This document shows, piece by piece, positions 11,776 to 24,379 of a stretch of DNA of 64,000 nt. This stretch comes from Psammoneis japonica (lineage: Eukaryota): the NCBI GenBank assembly GCA_008632985.1, contig QPGO01000039.1, forward strand, positions 372,001 through 436,000, read 5' to 3'. A program made the position numbers and the translations under genes. A model generated the notes under the pieces. The model was given only the letters and a program-made list of their open reading frames with translations. It ran no database searches and was not told the DNA's origin. Numbering within the stretch: position 1 is the first letter of the stretch; each line of letters opens with the position of its first letter.

Positions 11776-13700
11776 ACGGGAGTTGGAAATCTGTGGGTCA
11801 AAGCCCTTGGTGATGTCAACAAAGTACAGTCTGCATCATTTTCTGAGGCCAGTGGAAAAAGAGTTGGGATCGACACATTGGCATGGCTTCATGAAACATG
11901 CCACAAAGAGGCCACTGCACAGCGCTCCTGTCACAGCCACCGCATGCACCAAAGAGTTTGTTGACAGCAAATGAGTCCATGCACAACAAGCTTGTGTCAG
12001 CTGGGGCATCTCCTGTGCATGTTTTTGATGGGGCAAGGCATCCAATGAAGACTGCACGAAACAACAAGATTGCAAAAGCAGAGGCATGGATGGACAAGTG
12101 CTGTCAGAAAGGCAAAGCCGGTGATGCCATTGCTGAGGTTGACTGACACCAATCATTGCAAAGAGCAAGAGATCTGTGCAATCCTTCAGCAGACATCAGA
12201 GCTCATGTGGTCAAACAATGGATGTGGTTGGCAATGGGGCACAAGTCAACATGAATGTGCTCCATGTGAGTTCAAGCACCAACTTGTCAAGACAGAGGCA
12301 GATGGTCATGTCTGTGGTGTCATGATTGAGGACAGTGATGCCATCATTGTGGGGGCCAAGGTTGTTTGTTTTGAGGTTGACACATGGTTTGCCACATGGA
12401 AAGTGTGTGAAAGGAACTCCTTGCCCACCAATTGCCCCATTGGCACTCATGACTTCAAACACTGGGCAGTGACAGCAAATCTTCTTGGCTCAGACTACAA
12501 CCAACAAGTGGAGAACATGACTGGCCATTCAACAATCTTCAAGAGCATCCTTCTGAGGCTTGCTGGGGCAGATTGGTCTGGAGATGCTGCAGCAAGAGTG
12601 GTTGAGAAAGCATTTTGATGGGCTGCAATCCCAGCGGGCTGTGCAGACAACTTTGACAGGGCTGTGGTGCTGTTTGTGCACTGCCTGGTCCTTGACAAAA
12701 ATGACAATCTGGCTCCACTGCTGAATCCATTGGAAGGAAATGCAGGAGATGATCCTGGTTTGTCTTGGGGAGATGTCATTGGCTTCAACCCTGCTGAGTT
12801 GCTCCCCAATGCCATCACAAACTGCCGGATGGCATGGCAGTTTGAAGGGCCAACCTTTTTGAACAGCAAGGCATTGAGCAAGAAATTTTTGGCTCCTCTG
12901 TGCAATGCATCTGAGAATGAGCAACTTGTTGGGAAGGAGCTGCCTCTGTGTGCTTGGCTCAACTTCAAAGCCATGCCCATTCCATGTGTGCAAACTGACG
13001 TGATGCAGTGTTGGGCATCCACTTGACTCGGATGCCCCATTGCAGGTGATTGGTTGGAATTGGAGTTGGCTGTTCAAAGACTCATGTCAATCAACAAAGG
13101 AGCGCCAGAGCCAGAGAAAGTCCCGCTGCAAATTCAAAGATGGATGGTTCACAAGGTTGCAGTGCTGGTCAACAACAACATGGGTTGGGATCACAGTTGG
13201 TGTTGTGATTGCATGTTGGAGCTTGATTCAATGCTGTCAAGCTTGGTTGAAAACTTCTGCCAAAAAGGCAATGAACAACACAACCTTGAACAAAGGTTCT
13301 TGCTGTCACAAGGTGGCAGTTTGCTCATTGATGCAACAGAATTTATCTGCAGGACACTTGCCAAAGGCAACTTGGTTTGGCCGCTCAAACTCTGTTGCAT
13401 TCCATCCATGAAGACAGAAGTGGTGTCATCAAACCTGCAGTTGGCAAGCAACAAAAGATGCAGGAAGGCTGCATGCTTTGCTTGGAGTTTGATGCTGACA
13501 CAAAGAGTTTCTGTTGCACCCATTTTCATGCTGTGGATGCTGTGATGGATGAGGTGTGTGTTTGCACACTCTTGCAGCACCATTTTGAAAGAACGGTGCC
13601 TCCATCTCCAATCAACAAAGTGCCACTCTTGACTGAGCTTGTGACTGTGCAAGAGAAGACAAAGCTTGGCAGCATCAAAACAGGAAACAAGAGCCAGTGC
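11776..13700 (+). pseudogene. XPG/FEN1/Exo1-family 5' nuclease with C-terminal SWIM zinc finger (relic)
   Basis: N-domain (ACG)GVGNLW...GKRVGIDTLAWLH and PVHVFDGARHPMK; I-domain APCEFKHQL...GVMIEDSDAIIVG; H3TH LLGSDYN; SWIM-like CGCCDG*GVCLH at 13532-13567. Multiple frameshifts and TGA stops. Confidence 0.8.
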
Positions 13701-13756
13701 AGATTGAACCACCACAAGCAAACACAAATGATCATTTTGTGGCTGTTGCTCAATTC

Positions 13757-15900
13757 TCAATCCCAGTGGTTGACAGGAAGAACACTGTTGGCCCCTGGCC
13801 ATTGGAGTGGCATGCCAAGGTTCATTTCCATGTGCCCCCATTCCAACGTGCATGCGCGCATGGAACAACACAAAGATTCTTACATGGGACATCATTGTGA
13901 AGACCGTTCATGGCAACAAGCCAAGAAAAAGTTGCCTCCATCAGATGCTGCACCTTGCAAATGTGTCTTTCTTGTTTTCAAGTTCCAGCTCATCATGTTG
14001 TTTGACAGTTCATGGTTGCAAGACTCAAGGTGTGCACACTTGATTGAAACAATGTGGAAAATGGTGCTCTGTCTTCTCAAAACCTTTGTCACCACTGAGT
14101 CCTTTTTGTTTGGAGGGATTCTGTGCATGTGCAAGCAGACTTCCAGAGGTGACTCTGGGTCATGCATTTTGCAGTTTTGGTGGAATCAGTTTGCTTCCCA
14201 TCCAGCCCACAATTTTCCTTTGTCATTTCAAAGCAGGCACTCAGGATGTTGCGCTGGATGGTTTCAAGTTGTGCAGCCTGTGGAGTCTCTCAAACACCTT
14301 GAGTTGCTGAAGAAAAATGACTCTGGATCATTTTGTGATGAGCAGGCCAACGCCTTTTCATTCAAAGCCTTTGACAAGGCTTGGTCTTCACAGACAAGTG
14401 ATGCAGCCTTGTCAACTCCGGCATGTTTGAGTTTTTCTCCTTTTTCAACGTCTCAATTCTTTCATTCAACCATTTGTTGCACTTCACAAAAACATGCTCA
14501 CACTTTGAAACCTCCTCACCATCACTGTTGGTGCTGGATTCTGCAGAAGACATTGACACAACGCTTTTTCACTCCAGTTGTCACTTGAGTCTGTCCAGTT
14601 GGACTCACAACCATTGCTCTGAGAGTTGTCACTGTTGTTGGATTCTTCAGACCATTCAACATTTTGGTGGCCTGCACTCATGTGATTGACAAGGCTGTCA
14701 CCAGACTCTTGAGAATGTTCAATGACAGCTCCAATCCAAGCATTGTTGGTTGTGCCATTTTCCATGTCAAAGCAATCACATGGTGTTGAGAGAATCAAAA
14801 GAAATTCTCTGGACTTGGCCCACTGTGGTGCCCATTTTTCAACACATCTCTTCACTGAATGCCGTGAGACATGCCAAAAGCAGTTCCAGTGATCTTGCAC
14901 ACCGGGCAATGCTGTGCAAAGTGCTTCACAATCAGCAGCTGTTCAAATTTGGTTGGATTGCATTTTGGTGTTCTGTCATCTCCATCCAAATGGATTTCAG
15001 ACACAAAAATTGGTGCATCAACAAAGAAGCATGAGATGTGATGTTTCATCTTCTCCAAAGTGTGAAACCCAAACATGTTCTTGAAGCTGTTGGATTGTCA
15101 GTGCGCCATTTGGGTGATGCAAGTTGACAATGAGCAGCAGAATCTGAATCAAGAAAATCTGTGACAAAGTTTTCAATGTCACATTTGTCAAACAAAGGCT
15201 CAGTGTTGGCCACTTCAGTTTCATGCTTCCTGTGTGCGCTCACCCGGTTGCCTTGTTTCAGCAGCGAGATGATGTCTCCTGAGGTGCACTCTGAGCTGAC
15301 TTTTTAACAACTTCCAGCTCCATTGCTTTTGAAGGCTCATTCTCTTTGTCATGTGATGCTTCTCCATCATTGACACAATCACCAAGAGTGAGTGGGTTGA
15401 ATCTTGCTTGGCATCCCTTCAGCTTCGCAACTCCTCGTGCTTGTCCAGTGCTTGGTTGTGCACACTGCATGGCAACTTCCTCGTCTCCATCAACAATGAA
15501 TTCTCATTGGCACATTGGGACAATGAAAATGTGCTGCATCAGATCCCTTCACAAAGTGCTCACGGTCGACCACCTCCGCACCGCGGGCAGGGGTGCAGAT
15601 GGTTTCTTGCCGCCTTCAAAAGAGAGCGCAGTCATTGACTGACGGTCCAATGATGCCTTGCAACAGGAGCCTGATCCCCAAGTTGTCAATCACATCACAA
15701 GATGTTCCAAAGTTCACCAACACTGCTTCTCTCCATTTCTCTGCTTTCTCCAACTTGCCTCCAAGTCGCAGATGCACACATCGCCCGGCACGAGGTTCAT
15801 CTTTGCCTGCTCTTCGGCTCAAGCACGAAAACTCTCTTGGATCTCACAGCACTTTAGACCCCAGCTGCAAACCCATTGATCTTTCTCCTTGTGGGACAAG
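13757..15900 (-). pseudogene. DDE_Tnp_4-type (Harbinger/ISL2EU) transposase relic
   Basis: HTH_Tnp_4-like FEQLLIVKHF...GTAFGMS..SVKRCVEKWAPQW (~14820-14950); catalytic-region GDKGF (14079-14093) followed by NQVCTP*VLQP*TVKQHDELE; C-terminal LEWGHMEMNLGMPL. The 5' boundary is approximate. Confidence 0.72.
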
Positions 15901-16371
15901 AGGAGGTCGGGTGCTGCGCGCACAGGTGTTGTCATCGTATGAATGAATCTCAGATGCTGCCAGTGCGGGTGTGATGGTGATGGGTGCTGCAAGCGCAAAA
16001 TTTGGCCTGCTTTGTTTAGTCGATCGTGGATGTCGGATGTCCCTCAAAATTTTAGCGTCAAGATTTTCACGTGCGTTTTTACGTGGGTGATCACTGCTTG
16101 TGCTGTTGTCCTGTTTTGCTCCCAACAGTCTCAAACCGGCCTCCCATACCGGTAGACTACTATGAACCAAACTTCACGATAGCCTTATTGTTTCATTGGG
16201 ATGCACTTGCTCTTGTCTTGTTTTTTTTCTTGTTCTTGGGTGCGAGCGAATCAAGGTGTGTTTGGTGCGTTCTTCGAAACTCCAATGGATCTCAGCATCA
16301 GGGATTTCTGCCGATGATTCCAACCTTTCACCTCGCTATGGCGGATTGGACCACGACTACGGAAATCACCA

Positions 16372-18185
16372 ATGATGATGACTACAAAGCCGGAGGCTAT
16401 ACATGGCAATGGCCAAGAAGAAGAAGAAGAAGAAGAAGACCGTACTGAACCGGAAGAACTCCTCGCAGATATTTCACCTGCTGAGTCCATGGGAATTTCC
16501 GAGCTCGCCAAACCCTTGCGGACAGGGGCCATAGCTTTGCTCGATGCACATTGGATCATTCAACTGGCAACAAAATGTCGAAAGCAACAACAACAAGTAG
16601 GAGACGGCGATAGTAGCGGGGTGAAAGAACTTATAAGGATACCACGTCGACAAGATCTTCCCCAACCCGAGGCGTTCGTGTCCTACGAGCAACTGGTCGA
16701 ATCCACTCTGCCTACCTACCAAAGCCTCCCCATAATCTGTTTAAGTTACATGTGGCTAGATCCATCCCATCCGGATCCGGAAGGTCTCACCCTACAGCTA
16801 CTCGGTCGTCTTTTGGAGGTACTCATCGAGCCCAATGCAACATGGGGGGTCTTTTGGGACTATGCCTCTCTCTTTCAACACCCGGATCCTGCTAACGGTA
16901 AACTTCGAACATCGGAAGAAACGTATATGTTTCGTCAAGGTTTGGAGGCGCTTCCATCTCTGTATGGCCATGAGCACACCCGTGTCCTGAAGATTACACA
17001 GTATCCCGAGTCCGCATTTCATCCATTGTCGTTGTCTTCCAATGATGCAGCACAAGGTAACTCAGTTGTGCGCCTTCCGCACAACAGCGCTCCATACGAT
17101 AGCCGTGGATGGCCCTTTGTTGAATCGTGTTGGGCGGGTCTTACCAAAAACTCGGAGAATGTGTTGGACCTTGGGGCGTGGGATCCCAGTGCGGCTGCAG
17201 CTTCTCATCATCATTCTGGTACAGAGCAAGCCAGCCAGGAAGCACTGGAGTTGGTGGCCTTGCTGAATCAGCTTCGAGAAGGGACACGCCGGGCGCCTCT
17301 GGTCCCAGAACGATTTGACAAACTGCTGGACACCAAGTCCTTTTCCAATGGCAAGGAAGACGGGCCTCTAGTCAAGCGCCTCTATTGCCAATCGTTTGAC
17401 AACCATTTTCGTTCCGTCGAAACCCTCGTCTATGCTCGCCTGGCATGGACGGATCAGGACATCATACGTTTTGCCGAGGTCTTGAGCTGCGGTGTAGCCT
17501 TGAAACTCTCTAAGCTGAATTTGTCTGGTAACAACTTTGGCGTCAGGGATGTCAAAGGATCCGCGATTCTATTTTGGGACAGACCAACAGTGGTGAGAGC
17601 ATTGCAGCTCCTCCGGTTCGAACCTTGGATGTGGGTCACAATCGAACGTTGCGCGACGAGGGTGCAACCGTCTTGGCCGAACTCTGCAAGCACCATGTGT
17701 CAGACCTTACACTCTGCGATGTTGGACTGACATCCCAAGGTTGTCCCGGATTTGCAAATGTCCTTACATCGACAAAAGAACCAATTTGTTTGTGTCACCT
17801 GGATCTTTCGCACAATCCTCACATTGGCAATGATGGAGCAAGATCGTTGCTGCCGTTGCTCTGGAAAACTCCAAACGTGCGATTTTTTGACGTTGGACTA
17901 ACAGAAGAAGGATACGAGCTGCTGCTTCCTCCACCAGACACTGAGGGGGTTCGGTGGACAGACGTTGTCCTGGATAAGATCTTCGTATCCGAAACAAAGC
18001 TTCTTGTTCGTCTCGTCCTTGGTTCGTCCTCGTTGGACGGTGTCAATTTTCTCGATTGTTGTGAGTTACGCGAACGCATGTTTGACGAACTCAAGAAGAT
18101 GCGAAAAAAATCCCGCCCATGCGTTTGCTTGGTTGTGAGTGCTGTGGTGGCTTCAGTTTCACTTTTCATTGTCCGGAAGCGTTGA
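16372..18185 (+). CDS. HET-like domain plus RI-type leucine-rich repeats and a C-terminal TM helix
   Basis: CLSYMW..PSHPDPEG, VFWDYASLFQ, LPSLYG, YDSRGWPFVE, then LRRs (LNLSGNNFG, LDVGHN, LDLSHNPHIG). A -1 frameshift at GGG 17546-17548 joins the 16372 and 17574 ORFs. Confidence 0.7.
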
Positions 18186-18649
18186 TGGTGTCCCGTCCAC
18201 TTCGAAACAAATAGATTGCTGCCTGCGGGGCGGCATCCATGTCTTGCAACGCGCAAGAACTCCTGTTCGGTGGCACGGAAGGTTCATGCGCTTGAACACT
18301 CTGAAGAACACACAACAGGATCGAATCCACATTTACGCTCCAGAAGGAACTAATTGACCCACTCATGCACAAATCGTGCTGTCTTTAGCTTCGGTCATCC
18401 TTTTTCATAGCAACAGCAGTAATTTGATCATTTGATTGATGGTCCAATGGGATTTGCTTCCCATTTTGTACCCATCGAAGCCTTTGCCATAGAGCGATCT
18501 CCTAAAGCACTTCTCGATTGGGAAGAGAGTTTGCCCTTGCCAGCCCAAACGTTGTTGCTGGACAGTTCTTTGGCCTTGCGCAAGCTCTCCGTTTTCGGTG
18601 TGGTGCACCCTTCTTGGGGATCAATGGTTTAGGAACAAAAGCAAGCTGA

Positions 18650-20720
18650 CGGCAATGCAAACTCTACGAAGTGCAACACCTCATGATGCTCTGTTCTGGC
18701 AGCAACCGCCCCAATCCATTTCGTTGCAAGAACAAGCAGTTCTCGTCTAAACATGCACGAATGTAGATTGCACCTCTTCCAAGTTGTCACCGATGTGCAA
18801 AGCATAGACACTCATTCATCGGGGTGCTTCCGCTTGCCTGCCCTTGCCCTTTTGGACTTTTCTGTGGAGGCAAAAGAAGTTCTTGTGGTTGTTGATGGCA
18901 TGGTCCAGAGGCAAAACTGCTGTCGACTCAACTTGTGAGACATGGGTTGGTGACCTCAGCTCCAGCAACCACCAACCCTCACAAACTCCAAATCTTCCAA
19001 AGAAACACCTTCCTTCAGCTCAACTCCCTAAAAAAGACAAAATGGTTGGCCTGCCAGGACTTGTCTGATCACAATGGTGAAAGCACCACCAAGTCACATC
19101 TTCAACTTCATCAGGTCATCACAAATTGGGTGACAAAGCACAAAGAAAACAAGTGGAAGACAGAACATGCTGCTGCTGAAGATGCTGACAAGACATTTTG
19201 TGACACTTGTGTGGATGTTGCTGAGTCCTGGCACATGGAGGTGGCAAATGTGCAAACAAAGCCCAAGAGCATTGCAGATGTCTCCTTCCCCCTGAGATTG
19301 ACAAAATGCAATGTTGTCAATCCTTGAAGCACTGAACATTTCATCTCAAAATTTTCTTTGTAAAGACAATGAGACACAGCCATTCAGTGAAGCATCCAAC
19401 TCTCATTGCGTGTCAGCACACAGTCTTCTTTTTGGAAAGACAAATGCAGAGGTCCAACAACACACTTTTCCCATCCCACCACTGGCATGGTTGGTTTGTG
19501 ACCAAACTGGAAGTGGTGTGCAAAAATGTGGTTCTGGAAATTTGAAGCATTGCAAGTCTGCCTTTGTGAACTTGCAATGTGCAGCATGTGCAATTTGGAA
19601 AACTCTGCCCAACAAGCCAAAAAGAGACCCACATCAAACTCATTTGTGCCAGAAAACAACAAAAGAACAAGGGGGGTTGTTGGTTTGCACATTGTGTGTG
19701 ATGCCACAGATAAAGTGTCACAAAGATTGGGTGTTGCCATGAAAATGAGAGCCACCAAGGTGGGTTTCATGCTGCTGCAGCCACCCATCCAACAATGGCC
19801 AAAAACGTGGTTGCCATGGGGGCGCGAGTGCATGGGACCAGCACACAGCGCTCTGATGTCTGATGACACAAGAGGTGACCTGCCACAGCTGTTGCTTTGT
19901 CATCATTGCCAATTGCCCACCACGGAGAACTGGGTCTGCCACATTGAAACATCACACCAGCTGCCAACTTGGAGGACACATTTGTGTTTGCTTTGTTGGC
20001 GGTGCAGTGTGCTGGGAATTGTAGAGCCAGAGGAGAGGGCAACATCATGCTGTGTCAAAAAAGAACACCTCATCAAAATCTGACTGCAAGTGGTGCAAGA
20101 GAGGTGCCTGTCAAATCTCCTCAATGCTGCGACAACAATGGACACAAACAATTGCTTGTTGTCACGCACGCTGCTTTGCATCTGTGGCCTCTGCCCTCCA
20201 GCCCTGTGGCTGCAGTCTCTGCTTTTTGGTGGGAAAGAACAAGGTCATGTGCTGAAACATCACACCAGCTGCCAACTTGGAGGACACATTTGTTTGCTTT
20301 GTTGACGCTGGGAGCAGCAGCCACAGAGAGGAGAGGAGAGAGGGCAACATCATGCTGTCACAGAAAAAAGACAACTCATCAAAATCTGACTTCAAGTGGT
20401 GTGCAAGAGAGGTGCTTGTCAAATTCCCTCAATGCTGTGACAATGGACACATGCAATTGCTTGTCGTGCACGCTGCTTTGCACATCTGGCCTCTGCCTCC
20501 AGCCCTGTGGCTGCAGTCTCTCTGCTTTTTGGGAAAGAACAACAAGGTCACGTGTGCTGATTCCTGCTGTGAAGAGGGTGCCATGTTCACTCCATTCCAC
20601 TCACTGGAGTGCTCAGCACATTTCTCTGGAGATCACAGCATGGTGCTCCATTGCTCTGCGGTGACACTTGCTCCAGTGTGTGGCTTCAGTCAATTGAAAA
20701 AGCAATGAGCTGCATCGCAA
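18650..20720. mobile_element. TpA/CpG-depleted decayed sequence
   Basis: Dinucleotide depletion, Tyr-free ORFs and an internal tandem duplication. Confidence 0.45.
19945..20560 (+). repeat. Imperfect tandem duplication, ~308-bp unit x2
   Basis: TGAAACATCACACCAGCTGCCAACTTGGAGGACACATTTG starts at 19945 and at 20253; the rest of the units is colinear with small indels. Confidence 0.9.
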
Positions 20721-20908
20721 TCGGTAGACGCACAGACTCACCTCTTGAAAAGACACGTCACGCTCTGACCGTTGATGGTTTGTTTCCTAAATATTTTTCA
20801 AAAAGACCCTGTCCACGTAGACTTTGTACCAAACTCAACGCACGAGACATTCTTGCGAGTTGTTTCTCGTTGCTCCTCACCACAACACAACACACAAGTC
20901 GAGAGACC

Positions 20909-22299
20909 ATGATGCATTGGAAAAGCAAACGCGATTTTCTACTAGCCCAAGGCCAAGTGGCTATCATTTTATTGATTGCCTATATAGGTGATCGTTGGCC
21001 CAAATCGTATCCACGCAATGACAATCATGATCCCCGCATGTTTTGGATCATGAATGCCATTTTGTTGGTCGTTTCGTTGGTGTCGATGAAACACGAAGAA
21101 TCACGACAACACCAAGACGGCACGTCGTCGAAAATTCAATTATTGTCTCGTGCACAGACAGAAGAATGGAAGGGTTGGATGCAATGGGCCTTTGTCATGT
21201 ATCATTATTACCGCGTCTACTATGTCTACAATGAAATTCGCGTGTTTGTTTCGGCCTATGTGTGGATGACGGGCTTTGGTAATTTTCTCTACTTTGACAA
21301 GCGCCACGATTTTAGTATCGATCGTATGGTGTCCATGTGGCTCCGTATCAATTACTTTCCATTGTTGCTATCGATCTTTTTAAAAGTCAAGTTGGAACTC
21401 TACTATGTCGTTCCTCTCCATACGGTGGGATTTTTCATTACACTCGCCACGTGCTACCTGGCGAGTGTACTCAAAAATCGAGTCGGACTGTCGTATTGGA
21501 CGAGCAATATCATGGCATTGTTGGTTTGTACCGCGCTTCATGTGTCATTTTACGAAACGTCCGCTGTCGAATTCCTCAAGCTCTTTTCGGACGAGTACTA
21601 CTTTCGCTTTCAAGCCGACAAGTATTCGGCGCTTGTGGGGATTTGGTCGGGACTCATTTGGTCCAAACTGGTGGAATATATGCAATGGGCCTACGGTATG
21701 CATTCGGGTGAAAGTATCGTTGCCACGTGGATGCAACGCTTTGTTGGCTCGGCTCTTATCTTTTTGTGGTGGTTTGGTTTTGGCAAGATTTCTGACAAGT
21801 ACATTTACAATCCCATGCATCCTTACATTTTTTGGATGCCAGTCGCGGGGTGGTTATTGATTCGGAATTCGAGCAAGTACTGACGGAATGTCATTGCGTT
21901 GTTTTGGAATATTTGGGACGAATCACGCTGGAAACCTACGTGTTGCAATTTCACGTATTCATGTGTCAATCCGTTCAACACATTCCCATTGTTATTCCCA
22001 ACAGCGGAGCGGACGGACCACTTTTGTTAAAGACGGCAAACATGCTCTTGTGTGGTGCCGTTTTCTTATCCTTGGCCGTATGGGCACGCAATGTCACAGT
22101 GACGACGCAAACGTCCGTCGTGGACTTGTTGGGCGGCGTCTTGTCGTGCAAGGCGAAGTCGTCGTCGCGAGAACGCAACGATTCTGACATTCACAAGGAC
22201 AATGACGAGGAGGTTGAAGACCAGGATTTGGAAGATTTGATCAAGGATGAAGAAAAAGGCAACGAGGTGGAAATGAACAAGGTGTCACCCAAGGCATGA
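20909..22299 (+). CDS. Cas1p/CASD1/RWA-family O-acetyltransferase membrane domain protein
   Basis: LSRAQTEEWKGWMQ, YNEIRVFVSAYVWMTGFGNF, YYVVPLHT, LGRITLETYVLQFH. One -1 frameshift at ~21880 (SKY|LTECH). Confidence 0.85.
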
Positions 22300-23118
22300 A
22301 TTGTCGCGTAATAGTGCCAAAGGCGAGGGAGGGGATTCAATCGTTGAGCAGCAATAGTCTTTGGCCAGTGCGTCTCATAATAATTTAGTATCATTACTAT
22401 TTCAATCCCGATACTTTGATGCCAACCTCATCTACTAGAGTACACCATAACTAGAGGTAGAATAGAGATTACGGTCAAGCTCTGAGCAAGAGTCGCTAAT
22501 ATCTCATAATCTGTTGAATACGCGTGCCACAAGTGCACATCAAACTGAAAACGGTTTCGCTTGGACAATGAGTGGTGTCAATTGATAATTCCGGAAAACT
22601 GTCGCAAGAGTTTGGTTGAAAAATGAAGGAGTTGTACAAAAAACATGGAAAGAGCGAATCTCGTGGAAAATGCAGTAGTATAAAATATGCCGCAGGCCCG
22701 GTGCCCGGTTGCAACTCTTTTCTTGTGTGTACTCGCGCCGATCCTCGATTCCATTTGTCTGTTTTCTCTCTGTTTCGTATCATTCTTCCAGATGATACAA
22801 CAGTTTTTATTTTGCGTCAAAGGCACCATCAACACAAAGAGGAGGACCGCGAAGACGGCAGCGGATAGGCGAGAGGAGAAAGAAACACGAAAAGTTGGAA
22901 GTTGTCGATACCCATTCTTGTTTCAGTCTTGGACACGTCTCAGTGTGGCATGCTTTCCTTAATTAAATTATTAGCAAAGCGACAGACGGGAGTGATCTGA
23001 AAAATGCGTCCAACAGCGTTTTCCTTCACATTGAACATCTTCGACGAACTATCACATTACTGCCGTACACCCAATTCCTTTCAACGTTCAAAATTGCAAG
23101 CAAAAAAGAAAAAAGAGA

Positions 23119-24266
23119 ATGAAGAACGGTAGAGCAATGACACGGATTGTGGCGGTTGCCGCTCTGCTGTCATTCTTGTGGTCAGCAATGGTTGTCATCG
23201 CCTTTACAACTTATACTTTGACAGGCAACAATAGCTACTATGAATTTCAGCAACCGAGGCTTATCCCACAAAACCATATGAATCGTCTTCCTCCCATTCG
23301 ACCAACATCAACCTATGATCCTGCCAAGGGTTTTTACGCGGTGCACGAACTTGTTACGAACAAGACTCTGATCGAACTTCATCGAGAGTGCTACAGTCTC
23401 AAAGAAGAGTTTGTATTCTTCATTACACCAACATACCAGAGACCAACTCAAATGGCCGATATGACTCGACTCGCACAAACTCTGGCTCATGACAAGGGAA
23501 TATACTGGATCGTGGTGGAAGATGCCAAGCTTCCATGCAACAGAATACGAAACTTGCTCGAGCGCACAGGTCTTCCTTTTGCCCATATTGCGGTTCCCAC
23601 GCCACCCGGGATAAAGATATCTCGTAGAAACAGAGGTGTCAATCAAAGAAACAAAGCTCTTGGTGTCATTGAATTGCTCGAAACGCCCGGTGTCATTTAC
23701 TTTGGAGACGATGACAACGGTACGTTGGTCGCTGCTATTTTTCAAATGCAGAGGTACAAAATACGTATGCGACATTTTGAAGGAAAGATCCAGATATGCA
23801 TGTCGATACTCCTCACCCTCATTGCGTTTATACTGCCTTTACTGATGTAGCATACGACATTCGCCTCTTTCCTCAAATTCGCCAAACAAAGCGAGTCGGT
23901 GTGTCTGGAGTTGGATTGTCAGCGGGTGTGTACGAGAGATGTCATGTAAACCCAAAAACAGGCAAGGTTGATCGCTTCTACAGCAACTGGGCCATGTCGA
24001 GAAAGTTCAAGGTAGACATGGCTGGGTTTTCTTTTCATACATCTATCTTTTTGGAGAAAAAGCCTCGTTTCCGAAATTACTTGATGTCGGGCATGTTGGA
24101 AACCGATTTTGTTGAACAAATGATACCGGGTGTTGCCGAGCTGGAGCCTTTGGATAAGTGCGAAGCCATTTACGCATGGCATGTCAAAACAAAAACCGCA
24201 GACGGCATTCAATGGAAACAAGTTGAAAATGATGCGGATTTTGTTAGATTGCGTCCCTCAATATGA
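23119..24266 (+). CDS. Glycosyltransferase family 43 (beta-1,3-glucuronyltransferase-like)
   Basis: FITPTYQRPTQMADMTRLAQTL, WIVVED, NQRNKAL, IYFGDDDN|AYD, VDMAGF; intron 23720-23850; type II TM anchor. Confidence 0.9.
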
Positions 24267-24379
24267 CAAAAGGAGTTTGTCTTTTTCCTTCGATGCACAA
24301 GGCTACTCCATGTGCGGGAAATCAGTGTGAAAGAACAGAAGCCGGTCACTGAAGAGTCGGCTGTATTGATTCAGCTAGC

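Larger units (their letters stand above)
11683..16049. mobile_element. Decayed DNA transposon, PIF/Harbinger-ISL2EU-like, with two convergent genes
   Basis: A perfect 15-bp inverted repeat TTTTGAGGGACATCC (11683-11697) / GGATGTCCCTCAAAA (16035-16049) brackets a nuclease gene (+) and a transposase gene (-). True termini and TSD not resolved. Confidence 0.7.

Noticed and set aside
13377..14588. 403-aa plus-strand ORF, and the many other Cys/His-rich ORFs in depleted blocks
   Set aside because: By-product of TAA/TAG loss. It is mostly antisense to the transposase relic and not a real gene.
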